This document shows positions 13,063-24,005 of a DNA stretch of 33,440 bases, in pieces (the first letter of the stretch is position 1; the number at the start of each line of letters is the position of its first letter). Made by a program: the position numbers and the translations under genes. Location of the stretch: the NCBI GenBank assembly GCA_031763465.1, contig JARFOE010000115.1, positions 21,886,523 through 21,919,962 of the forward strand, in the 5' to 3' direction. The notes beneath the pieces are model-generated. The model made no database searches. It saw nothing but the letters and a program-made list of their open reading frames with translations, and was not told where the DNA came from. Source of the DNA: Squatina squatina (taxonomy: Eukaryota).

Positions 13063-13636
13063 CATGGTGTCAGCACCACACTAGCGATGTCAGTGCGCTA
13101 CGTCTGCATTGCAGCGCGCTGACGTCACGCGCGCACTCAGCTTCTCTTAAAGGGGAGGGCCACCAGCCATTCTGACGACGCCCCCGCGGGCCACCAGGGA
13201 TGCCGGTGACCGGACCACCAGCCTGGCACACCAGGCGGCATGCCAGGCAAGGGGGTGGTGGCCCAATCTAGCCATGGGCTGCCATCAGTCAGTTGACCGC
13301 AGAGTCGGCTGACAAGTAAAGATGGCGGCTGCCGGCGCTCGGGCCCCCCTTCACTGTCGCTGCAACCGACCAGCGCTGCGGCCGCATCCCATGGGTGAAT
13401 TCCGTCCGCGGGACGCAGACGTGTTGCAAAGGGGGTCGCGGCTGCGCGGTGACAGCCGGCCCGCATTTTAATGACGTCGCGCGCAGACCTGCCACAGAAA
13501 TCTCTGGGCGAGTGCCCTGTGGGAATTCCAGCAAGAGGAGAGATGGCCTCCTCCCAGCGCCATTTTGTGCATTTTTGCTCTGTTAGCGCCCCTCAGAGGC
13601 GCTAACAGCACGAAAACAGAGCTGAATTGTGCCCCC
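13063..13636. mobile_element. GC/CpG-rich non-autonomous DNA transposon (Harbinger-like), right end
   Basis: Sharp GC-rich block in AT-rich DNA ending GAATTGTGCCCCC followed by TTA(A), consistent with GGG-starting TIRs and TWA target sites of PIF/Harbinger. Contains an 11-bp inverted repeat at 13580-13608. Left end is lost in a gap. Confidence 0.5.
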
Positions 13637-14884
13637 TTAACTTCTTAAAATACTGTCGTGTTAAAGGACTTGTTGCAGCAGAAATAACTTAACTCCTGTT
13701 AATTGTGAATGCAACATAGATAGATCTATTAACAATAGCAAAGCAGGATTTGGGAGTCACACACTAGGGGAAAGTGGCTAGGCTAAGGAACCATCTTGTG
13801 GGCTAAAATAGGAGCATTTGATTGGCAGATGTGACCCAAGTCTCCCTCTCTTCCTCTTTCACTCTCTCATTAGGGTTGCAGGTTACTCTCTGATTAGTTT
13901 CTCAGTTCAATGTTTCTTGTACTTTTCCTCCTTCTCTGTGCTTCTCACTACCCCTACTGGTAGCAGCTAAAGATCGGATTGTGTAACCGTTGTAACTGAT
14001 GCACTGTACAATTTCAATCGGCTTTTTTCAGTTCAGCCTTTGTGGCAGTTACTTGCTAACCTGCTGCTTGAATTCACTTCCGCCAACTACATCCAGTACT
14101 TCATCGAACCCTGGCCGCATCCTTTGAGGGAGGAAATTGGGCTCCATGTCCAGATCCCTAGTGCGCGTCCAATTCTCTGTCGAATTCATTGGCAACTCAG
14201 TTACTCATAATCTATCTCTGTGGACATCTTTGATTATTGCTCCTTTCTTCTGCCACCCTGATTTCCTACGCACTGCATCAGCTGCTCACACTTGCATAAA
14301 GATCAACTCATAAATATGATGAACACCGATCACTGGACACTGAACTGGTCACTGCAATTCAGTTCAGAACACAACCAATGATCCCTGGCCTTTGTTTCCC
14401 ACCATTTAACTAATTTGATATTCAATTTACAATATCTTCAAATTTCTTGCTTCTTTTCAGTACCTTCTGAAAATCATTATCATTCTAATATTCAATGAGC
14501 TCAGCGCAATGCTTCTCAACTGGTACCATAAATACTAACCCTTATGCTATGGAGGGCATATCACGCTGTCCCCATCATTCATGGTCTTAGCTCCATTAGC
14601 TGTTGAACAATTGGATTTCTGCCAGATTCCCCACAGAGAAGCTTTGTAAAATGAATATAATACAAAGCTTAAATCTTGGATATTTGATCAACTACCAGGA
14701 AGGAAGCCTGTGAAGAAGGGCCATCTTGTGACAGTAATTACCCACCAAGTTACCAACTGATAAAAACACAATGACAAGGAATTTCCTCGAAGTTGCTTCC
14801 ATTTCTCCGCTGTGACTTCATTCAAAATGTGGCGGAAGCCCCAAAACTCCCGAGCCAAGTCATAGGAAAATAGGAGGGCCTGTT

Positions 14885-15250
14885 CTCCTCGTGGCTTAGT
14901 GAGCTAATGTATGGCCCAGTGTGCTACTGAACATATAGATCAGGAATATCCCAGGTGAAATCTCTCAGACCCTACTAAATCTAGCTGGGGTGTAATGGGT
15001 GTAACACACTTGCTTTCAATGTCCCAGGCAATGGAGGGGGGAAAAAACAGCCACAGTTCAGACGACTGCTAAAAGGAGTAAGCAGAAAGAGTCTAGTTGA
15101 CAAAATCAGGTTGGGCTGTGCGTATTGAGTTAGCTGCCAATACTACCTGTCCAGCCTCTGAGGTGAAGAATAAAGTGACCGTCACCATCAGGGCCGACGG
15201 AACTATACCCCAGCATGATTCAGCATTTTAGAAGAAGAGGGAAAAAAAGG
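14885..15250 (+). mobile_element. Old SINE, near full length, highly diverged
   Basis: GTGGCTTAGTGAG A-box-like start; ATAGATCAGGAATATCCCAGGTGAAATC; GGAGGGGGGAAAAAACAGCC; 3' GGAACTATACCCCAGCATGATTCAGC, colinear with the 5628 and 23630 copies. Confidence 0.55.
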
Positions 15251-16256
15251 ACGTGGGTGAAAACTGGAAAAACTGCTGAAGGAGCCACTCTTGCGGTCAT
15301 GGCGCCAATAAATAATGCCAAGCCTATATTAAAGGAGCCATAGGCAAAAGCATGAACTAAAAGTGACTTTATTATTTTTAAAGATTAACCACATCAAAAT
15401 ACTAAATAGCATGAATTGGGCCAAATTTCAATGTTTTGGGAGTATTTACATTTTGGCACCATTTAGATTTTGACTTTGGGTTTGGCACCATAACAATCCC
15501 TTGGCAGTGCAGAAGAAGATAGGAGACTGCGAGTCTGCTCCCATCTTTTCAATTAATTATACTATTCTTGAAGAGGTTCAGCAATGCAGCCTTTATAGAG
15601 AAGCTTGATGACTTTTTCGGTCAGGATGCTTCAAAAACAGTCTCAATGAAAAGATCGCGATGGACTTTTGTTTTCGATTCTGGAAACTGTTTCCAAACCA
15701 GAAATGTTGAATAACACAGCCCCTTTAACTGTCATCAGTAAGAGCAGGCCTCCATTTTAATTTCCTTGGCTGGGTTGAAACATGTATACCCAGAGGTGGA
15801 GGGCGGCAGAAGGGAGCAATTTCCCAGGCAGCTGTGTTACCTAGTTCAGTCTTAATTTAGTCTGGCAAGCACATCAGGCAAAAGACACAGTTCGCTTTCT
15901 GTCATTTCAGTTTGCCTGGGTGTGTCACAACAAATGATGTTCAGCTGAACAAGTTATTGTTACATCATGTGGTTAACACTTCCTGGCATCTTTCCAGTCC
16001 ACTGGGACACTAACAGCAGCTGCTCTTTTCTTACGTTTCCCTCTCTGACCTTGATTTTTCTCTTTCAATCCAGGGAGTGACTGTATTTCACGCCTCTACT
16101 GTAGCCTGTGGGATTGGGTGGTGTGGCAAAGTGGAACTGGGTGTTTCTTCTTCAATAAAACAGCTGCTTTTTTTTTCTGCTTCATCTCTCACAGTAGTTC
16201 ACTTTACTTTCATTTTGAAATTTCAGGCTTTGGTGGACTGCTGTAGCTTTATTAAG

Positions 16257-16290
16257 ATATATATGTGTGTGTATATAAATATATATATTT
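16257..16290. repeat. (AT)n/(GT)n low-complexity microsatellite
   Basis: ATATATATGTGTGTGTATATAAATATATATATT. Confidence 0.7.
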
Positions 16291-17034
16291 CATTATTTGT
16301 ATTGTTTCCTCATGTGATTGTTCATCCCTGTGGTGAAGTGGGCTTAGTTATTTTTTGTGCCTCCCCCTGACACCACAAGCTGAGACTAATAAGTTATAAC
16401 ACTGGAAATTGCTGTCCGTGTGCCAATGGTGAGTTACCAAAAATTTGGGGGAGAATTCCTACCTGCTGGTTTACACATAATTTTGCAGTTGTCAGCCTGT
16501 GGGTTAAAAATGTGGGTAATCTTTCCTCTATGGTGGACCAGCCAGTGAGAAGGGAGCAGCACCAAGTCCTCTAAATCTGCCGTGAGCTGCAATCATGAGT
16601 CATTTAAGCACCTGAAATAGCGATGGGAGGGCAAATCCAGCTGACCATTCACCACAATGCGGCAGATTTGGTTTGGGTTGATTTTCCACAATGATCATGG
16701 ACGGTGGGGGAAAATTTGTAAAGCACATTTTGCACATGTTTAAATGGCACGTCCGACCCCAACAAATCTTGCAGGGTCAAACCAAATTACATACTGAAAG
16801 CGAGGTCCCAGCATGTGATTGACCACTCAGAGGGAGTTCACTGATTTATTCAAGAAATATCCGGCACTGCAACATCTATTTGAAAAACAGGTCGATATTT
16901 GCTGGTAAAGCTTTCATAGAATCATAGAATGATTNNNNNNNNNNNNNNNNNNNNNNNNNNNNNNNNNNNNNNNNNNNNNNNNNNNNNNNNNNNNNNNNNN
17001 NNNNNNNNNNNNNNNNNNNNNNNNNNNNNNNNNN

Positions 17035-17760
17035 CTGGTGGAGCAGCTGTAGAAGGAATAGAAATGCTGTTGTCCTGGCAGAGGACAGCAGGTTTATGCT
17101 CCATGGAGCCACTGCCACTCCCCCGGGGCAGCGCTTCAGCATTCCTAGCCTTCTGTTGGAGGACAGATTGCTGGACTGCTGTGACACTCTGCAAGCCCCT
17201 TTCCACATTCGTAAACCCAGCCATGATGGCAGCAGTCTGATCTTGCATGGCAGCAAGCTGAGGCTGCAGGAGAGCGGCCTGAGCTTCCACTGCAACACTG
17301 AGACATTGGGTTGCTTCCACCTGTGTTGCAATAAAAGTTATGAGATCACCCATCACACCCATCATCATGGTTGGGTCTGCAAGTTCTCTAATGGAGTTCC
17401 CCATCATTTCTGTCCTGGAAATCATGGGCTCCAAGCTCTGTGCAAAATCCAATGAAATATTGGAGCCGGAATCCTCCATGTTCCTTGACACTGACAAGAG
17501 GCTCTCCGGCAGACCAAGCATTATACATGCCCATCACCCCTCTTCTGAAGGCCATCCCATCAAGGTCATTATCTGAGTCCTGAGCAGCAGTACCTATGCT
17601 TGAACTCACCCTCCGGGGAGCTGGCACCTGAGCTACCCTTTCCCCCTGGCTTGGCTGCAGCCCACTTATGCCCAGTGGCTCACCACATGCAGATTCCACC
17701 TTTATACTATCCTCTAAAGCTTATGCAGTACAATTGTCTGAGCTGGTGTCTGGGATTGTT
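17035..17760 (-). mobile_element. Frameshifted coding remnant of a repeated element (possible Harbinger accessory-protein C-terminus)
   Basis: ORFs 17388-17699 and 16922-17521 join across one frameshift into an acidic linker plus a long Ala/Gln/Met-rich helical segment; a homologous copy is at 22200-22700. The family assignment is inference. Confidence 0.5.
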
Positions 17761-18069
17761 AGATCAATTGACCGTACCTCTTCCCCTCTTTCACTCTTTT
17801 CCACCTTTCCACTTCAGGGAATGTTTGTTTCAAACCAACCGCTTTTTTGTGGGATTATACCATTCCCACTCTCTCTGCGACTTCCCCACCTCCCCACCGT
17901 GGGATAATCAGTAAGTATCGCCCATTCCGATGTTGTTTGCAGTGCTTGGGGAGACCTCCCTAAATAACAAGGGAAAGGGAGTGTCAGTCTAAACTAAAAA
18001 TAAATTAACGAGATAATGATGATGGCTTAACAATACAGTGAAAAATAAAACCTCCATTTCAAGTTGTCG

Positions 18070-18132
18070 GAACATAGACACAGGAGTAGGCCATTCCGCC
18101 CCTCCAGCCTGTTCCACCATTCAATTAGGTCA
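18070..18132 (-). mobile_element. CR1 3' tail fragment
   Basis: GAACATAG..CAGGAGTAGGCCATTCCGCCCCTCCAGCCTGTTCCACCATTCAAT is the reverse complement of the tails at 2545-2601 and 19603-19662. Confidence 0.8.
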
Positions 18133-19433
18133 GAGATGAGAGGAGAACAAGTTAAAATGACCTGTTGTCCAAAATAGAGCTATAATTTTATTCCCTTTGC
18201 ATTACTGTAAGTGTATTTGTTGTTTACTTTTAAAGGTAATTACATCACCAGCAACTGCTGGTTTGCAAACTAGTTAGCTCCAATTAGAAACAATCAGGCA
18301 GAGTTTTTAAATTGGAGGATCAAACATAACACTTAATTTGTTGTGAAACTGGTTTGGGACAGCTTCAAAAGTGCAGTTTCCATATCGCACCTATCAAAAA
18401 ATCATGACCTTTTTAAAATGACCCAAAAATATCCACTGTGTAAAGACTGAAGCAGATTTGCATTTTTACCGCCAATTAGAACTTGCCCAGACCACACCAT
18501 CACTCGTGCACCAGCTTCTCCTGTTCCTGTGAAAACTACTCACCTCTCACTTAACTGGAATGAAACTCACTCATTTAGTTTAAGTTGTGACCTACGTCTC
18601 GCTTAAAATAAACAGAGCTCCAGGGGCTCGACTTGTAATTTGCTTCGCCTGGCCTTCGCGGGATGGTAATGGGCTTGAAATGGCAGCAAGCAACATTTTG
18701 AAAGGGGGCTACTGTTGGGAACCCAAAGCCACCCTGCTGTTTCGAGTGGTCGGGCCCTTTTAATATTTAAATTGATGTCCCAGGTTTTAGGTTGGAACTG
18801 GTTGCATGCTCTCCCCCCAAAAAAAGGGCAAAAAAAAACTGCAGTTCCTGGCAGAGCCAGTGTCACTACAGAAAAAAGTACATGATCCACTCTGGGATTG
18901 ATTGTCTTAGTCTAGGAATGGTTTGGGGTCTTGCAGCAGGAGATATGCTGGAGCTTTTGGAGGTCGTGCTGGGCATAATTCCTGGGGACGCCTGGGAACT
19001 GCCCCAGATATGCCTGCTTAACAAGAGTGGGGCTTGGGTAGANNNNNNNNNNNNNNNNNNNNNNNNNNNNNNNNNNNNNNNNNNNNNNNNNNNNNNNNNN
19101 NNNNNNNNNNNNNNNNNNNNNNNNNNNNNNNNNNNNNNNNNNCATTGGAAGGGAAGAGGACCTCCCTGCGTGCTGCAACTCCCTCCGTCAGCTTATGGAG
19201 GGAGTCATGAGGGAGCCTGGGTGCAGCCGTGCACCTCTATGCAGAGTAGAAAGCCCCCGACACGTTGTCAGACTACCTTATCGGATACGCTTCCTTGTAG
19301 TTCACCGGGAACCTCGCAGGGTGAGCTTAACAAGCTCAATCAGGGGAAAGTCATTGGGAAAGCTGACATGGAAACAAAAGCGGGGTCACGACCTGCCTCG
19401 GGCATCACCCACCTCGGTAGGAAGAGTCGAGCC

Positions 19434-19662
19434 CAAAGGCTGGTAGAAGTTTGGAACTTTTTTCCGCATACGACAAAGAATCTAGATCAATTGTTAATTT
19501 TAAATCTTAAAATTTTAAATTTTAAATTTTAACCAAATGTAATAAGGAATACAGGGCAAAGGCAGGTATATGGAGTTAGGTCGCAGATCAGCCATGATCA
19601 CATTGAATGGCGAAACAGGCATGAGGGGCTGAATGGCCTGCTCCTGTTCCCATGTTTCTATG
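19434..19662 (+). mobile_element. CR1 3' end, same subfamily as 2128-2601
   Basis: Shares GGTATATGGAGTTAGGTCGCAGATCAGCCATGATC.CATTGAAT..AACAGGC..GAGGGGCT.AATGG..CCTGTTCC.ATGTT with the 2128 copy. Confidence 0.88.
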
Positions 19663-21061
19663 TGTTAAATCCCACTCTTGCCTGCCGGCTACATCAGGAT
19701 CCCCACTGGGTTCAGGCATGCAATATGGGAGTGAAAATGGTCCTGACCCCCACACTGCACTCACGTTCCAAGTTAAAATCGGGCCTTTATTGGCAAACAG
19801 AGCTCTATGCTCCGATTTTAACTGAAGAAGGATAAAATAAACTTAAGAATAAGGGGAAATGGGAAAGAGAGAAATCTCTTTGGCCTCGGGTTGAGGTGGC
19901 CGTATTATAATATCTACGCACTTATGCATGCTAACATTTGGTTACAGACTTAGAAATTTGTTTCATACAAAGGTTGGTCGAGGATTGTGATCTCTAGGAA
20001 TAACTATTTCTTTTAAAAAAACTTTCTTGAATCACACAGAAGTTCTAAAACTTAACAACTAATAACGTGCAACTATGAGTTTTGGAATGACATCTGCTTA
20101 TCTGGAATGCAGAAGGAATGTTTTTCCAAAAAAATCTTCGGCAAATTAAGTAAACTTCAGTGGCTGAACCACAGTGCTGGTATGTTACTGAGGAATGTAG
20201 TCACACAGATGGTCTAATGTATTTGAGCACCGACAAAGAAAACCTCAGGCAGTGGATTAATTCCAGTAAGAATGCTGTGTACATGTGTCACACTCCCAAC
20301 AGCAACCATTTAGCACAAGAACTGTGGTCTCAGCTGTTACTGCAAAACTTCCAATACACACAGTGAAAATACAAGGTGAAAACCTGTCATGAAAGTCTGT
20401 CAGATATGGCTCTGGCGAGGTCAGTGATAGCATTGTAAAATAACATAAAGCAATAATATGACATTCACTGAAGGAGTAGAAAGCCCCAGCAACTATGGAA
20501 GTAGGTTCTTTGTAATCCAGAGATGGGCAGTGCATTCACATTACAAGTTCAGCATCAGTCAGAAGCTTGGCTGTGCCCTGATAGTATTCAGGCTCAACTG
20601 AGAAGCGGAGTGAGACTACCTCCTCCTGACCCTGATTGGAATATGCTACTGAGAGGCACTGTTCTTTTGCCAGGGAAGCTGGAAGCTGCCCATGTCAGTT
20701 GTGGCATCATCTTAGAACAGAATAAGATATGACCAATTCTGATGATGACTGATTCCTTCTTAGTAATGGGCAACATTGTGGGGAAAATAACAAAAGAGGG
20801 GGTGGTAATGGGGGAGTGCTTTCAGTTCCACAGTAATGTTGCTGCTTAATTATTGGCAAGGGGAGAACGGTCATTTTGGCAGTAATCGTATTTCTGCTGG
20901 CATTACCACTAAATACCATTTTCCAAGAACAGTTTAACACAACAGGAATTGATTTCTGGCTNNNNNNNNNNNNNNNNNNNNNNNNNNNNNNNNNNNNNNN
21001 NNNNNNNNNNNNNNNNNNNNNNNNNNNNNNNNNNNNNNNNNNNNNNNNNNNNNNNNNNNNN

Positions 21062-21206
21062 ACTAGCTTTTTTTTTAAAATTCCAGATTATTTAATTAAC
21101 TGAATTTAAATTCCACGGCTGCCATGGTGGGGTCTGAACCCACGTGTCTGGATCAATAGTCCAAACCTCTGGATTACTAGTCCTGCAACTTAACCACTGT
21201 GCTACC
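21062..21206 (-). mobile_element. tRNA-derived SINE, 5' head, cut by a gap
   Basis: Minus strand: GGTAGCACAGTGGTTAAG (A box)..GGACTAGTAATCCAGAGG..GGGTTCAGACCCCACC (B box) ATGGCAGCCGTGGAATTTAAATTCAG; resembles shark SINE heads as I recall them. Confidence 0.75.
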
Positions 21207-22199
21207 GAATTTCTGAATCTAGATCACTAATGGAAATTAAAGCAACAGCAGTGGGCCCAGCACTGAGCCCTAAGGCATCTCATTCAGTACTTCCCTCCGT
21301 CTTGATATAATGGGGTAGAATTTCCATGGGGGTTCCCTGATCTCCGGCCTTAACTTTGGAGGAACATTGGCAGAAACCCTGGAGGTTCCCTGGGGTTTGG
21401 GCCGATCTTCCATAAAGGTTATGGCGGGAGATAGGGAAAACTCTTGCAGATGTTACTGGCATAATTCTCCAATGAGTACTCAGTATTTCCTTCATTTTCA
21501 ATTTATAACCAATTCAAGTCTGAATGTTCTTACACAAAGACATTTCAGCCTGGATTTTCCTCTGCTATCCTGTCCCAAATAGGGCAGGTTATTGACAGAA
21601 ACAACGGGAAAAATCAGGCAGCCAGGCTTACCGCTGCCTTCCTGTCCCATCCTTAATGTCCCTCCCCCGAACCGGCTCCTGCCACCACTGCTACTTGCTG
21701 CCCCTTCCCCACCCACCACATGCAAATATGAGTGGGCATAGTAACGCCCACCTTCCCCTCCATTTTGGTCCAATCCCTCACCTGCTAAAGGCTTTAGTCT
21801 CAGCCGAGGCTTTTAGTTTTTAGAAAAAACTGCTGAAACGTTCGGGTATCTCCTCCAATAAATGGCTTCCTGCCCCCGCTGAGATTTCCCATCTTGGCCC
21901 CAGCACAGAATGGTGGGGTGTGGTCATAATGGTTGGGGCAGTGGTCAGAAATTCTTACTGGTGGGAGGCCCATTCCAAGTTTGGCACCAGGCCTCACCGC
22001 CACAGAGCCAATGAGCTGCTGCAGCCAATCAGGTGTCAGGAAGCAACTCACAGATTCCACCTGCAACAATTTGGGCCAGCTGGCTGAGTGGCACCAGCAA
22101 GGGCACTGGAGGAGTGTCTGGTGGGGGAACAGCCATGCCATCGTCCTGACCGAGGACAGCAAGTACCTCTTTTATGGAGCAAGACCACTCTCCTAGGGT

Positions 22200-22700
22200 G
22201 GCATCTCAGCAATCCTAGGGCTCTACTGGAGAACAGAGTGGAGGAGTGATGAGATGCCCTGGAAGCTCCTTACAATAGTGGCCCCCAAAGCCATGATGGC
22301 AGCCTTCTGTGCTGCCATGGAGGCTGTCAGAGCTGTCATGAGGTGCCATCATGGTGGGTTCCATAGCAGTGTTGACGGATCTGATCATTGAACATGTTGA
22401 GCGGAATGGTCTGCATAGTCTGCGCAAAGCCTTGAGACAAGTTGGAGCTGGATACCACCAAGTTCAGTGACATTGTGTGCAAGCTCTTTGGCAGGATTCC
22501 TCGTGCACTTAGCATTTCCCAGTATATGCCCATCAGCCTTCTTCAGTAACCTGGGCCCTTGAAGTCAGTATCTGAGTCCTCTGCAGCAGAATTAGTATAC
22601 AAGCTGGTACCTGTGGTGTTTTATGCCGCTGTCCTAGCTCCTGTGCACTTGTGCCCGGTGAGTCACCACATGCAGATATCTCCTCTAACCTAACCTCTAA
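22200..22700 (-). mobile_element. Second, more decayed copy of the coding remnant at 17035-17760
   Basis: Translates to SACGDSPGTS..QVPA / SAAEDSDTDFKGPGY*RRLMGIYWEML..LPKSLHTMSLNLVVSSSNLSQGFAQTM, colinear with SACGEPLGIS..QVPA..AAQDSDNDLDGMAFRRGVMGMY / LPESLLSVSRNMEDSGSNISLDFAQSL. Confidence 0.55.
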
Positions 22701-23017
22701 CGTCTGTGTGGTGTCAATATCTTAGCTGGTGCTTGCGAGAGTGAGNNNNNNNNNNNNNNNNNNNNNNNNNNNNNNNNNNNNNNNNNNNNNNNNNNNNNNN
22801 NNNNNNNNNNNNNNNNNNNNNNNNNNNNNNNNNNNNNNNNNNNNNCTACACCTGCCTTGAGAGCGTTTGATGTCGACACTGGCAAAAATATTTCATTTTC
22901 TTTTCAAAGGAGGTCGGCATACATGCAATCTAGAAAACTGACAAAACTTGAGCAACAGATTCAAAAATAAAACTGACACAGCCCCAAACAGCCGACAGAC
23001 CAAATACAGCAATAAAT

Positions 23018-23118
23018 AACAATGTAACATTTATATACCTCCTTTCATATCCTCAGGACATCTCAAAAGGCTTCGGAGTCAGTGAGTTACTTTTGAATTG
23101 CAGTCACTGTTGTTAAGT
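23018..23118 (-). mobile_element. 3' tail of a DeuSINE/L2-type element
   Basis: Minus strand ..ACAACAGTGACTGCAATTCAAAAGTAAC..TTTTGAGATGTCCTGAGGATATGAAAGGAGGTATATAAATG resembles the L2-derived GCGCTATATAAATG tail of AmnSINE1/SacSINE1-like SINEs (recognised from memory). Confidence 0.55.
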
Positions 23119-23154
23119 GGGTCCCGTTGGTTGAGTGCTTCAGTCCTATCACCC

Positions 23155-23235
23155 GTTCTGATGATGGGTGCCCACCTGACACATCATTGCCTGTCTTTTC
23201 TCTTTACAGATGCTGACTAACCTGCTGCTTTCTCT
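23155..23235 (+). repeat. Penelope-like short repeat, degenerate hammerhead core
   Basis: GTT-CTGATGA(23158-23164)-TGGGTGCCCACCT-GACAC..CTGTCTTTTCTCTTTACAGATGCTGACTAACCTGCTG; body matches the reverse complement of 27210-27250. Confidence 0.55.
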
Positions 23236-23629
23236 TTTTGTCTGGCCAATCCGATTAGTTGATATTGACAACCTCCAATCTCCATGGGAAAAAAGCTAGT
23301 TTTTCTTGTAAAACCGTGACGAGCTGGCACATGGCATAAGAAGCTGACAGTTGAAAAGTACGGGTTGGGGAGAGAGCTTTGTTCTCCCTAAAGTACAGGA
23401 TCAGCAGAGGATGTGGAAAGGAATCCATGATAGAAGAATTATACAGGGGCTCTGAATGGAGCTAGCGTGATTGTCCAAATTGGCTTTTCTCGCTCTCGAT
23501 TTGTTATGTTTTAGCATTGATGTCCGTCCTCTTGTTCAGCAGCAAATTTGCCAAAAATACAAATAATGAAGCAGATTATTAAAGTAAGACTGAACGCTCC
23601 TTGATGTCTTACTGGGTAATGGAACCAGC

Positions 23630-24005
23630 CACTGTGTACTGAGCAATATGGACCAAGGATCTACCAAGCTTTGATCGTCTCATCTGGACTGAGTAGGCTG
23701 GCACTTACCCTTACCACCCATGAACTGAGACTGGAGAGAAATAAAACTCGACTAGAATTCCACTTCTGCCGCTACCCACTGAACCCTGTTAGAAGGTGTG
23801 TATGTGCAGACATGAGGTTTGAACAGATTCAGGCTCAGCTGTAAAGCCTCCCTACCCCATTCAACCCCCCAACCCATCAGTCGAATAGTCTATCGGCGCT
23901 CACTGCCTAGATACACACATGCAAAATGACCACTTGGATGTGGTACTGAACAGTTTCCAGCAGCCCTGGAATTATCCCGAAGCAAGAGTCAACGCCTTCA
24001 AAAAA
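23630..24005 (+). mobile_element. Old SINE, third copy
   Basis: GTACTGAGCAATATGGACCAAGGA..CAGGCTCAGCTGT..GTCGAATAGTCT..CTCACTGCCTAG..GGAATTATCCCGAAGCAAGAGTCAACGCCTTC, colinear with 14885-15250. Confidence 0.55.

Noticed and set aside
13137-13586. ORFs within the GC-rich block
   Set aside because: Pro/Ala/Arg/Gly-rich translations typical of GC-rich non-coding repeats; no exon signature.
21062-21206. Possible tRNA gene
   Set aside because: Has A and B boxes but no convincing cloverleaf and continues into SINE-like body sequence.
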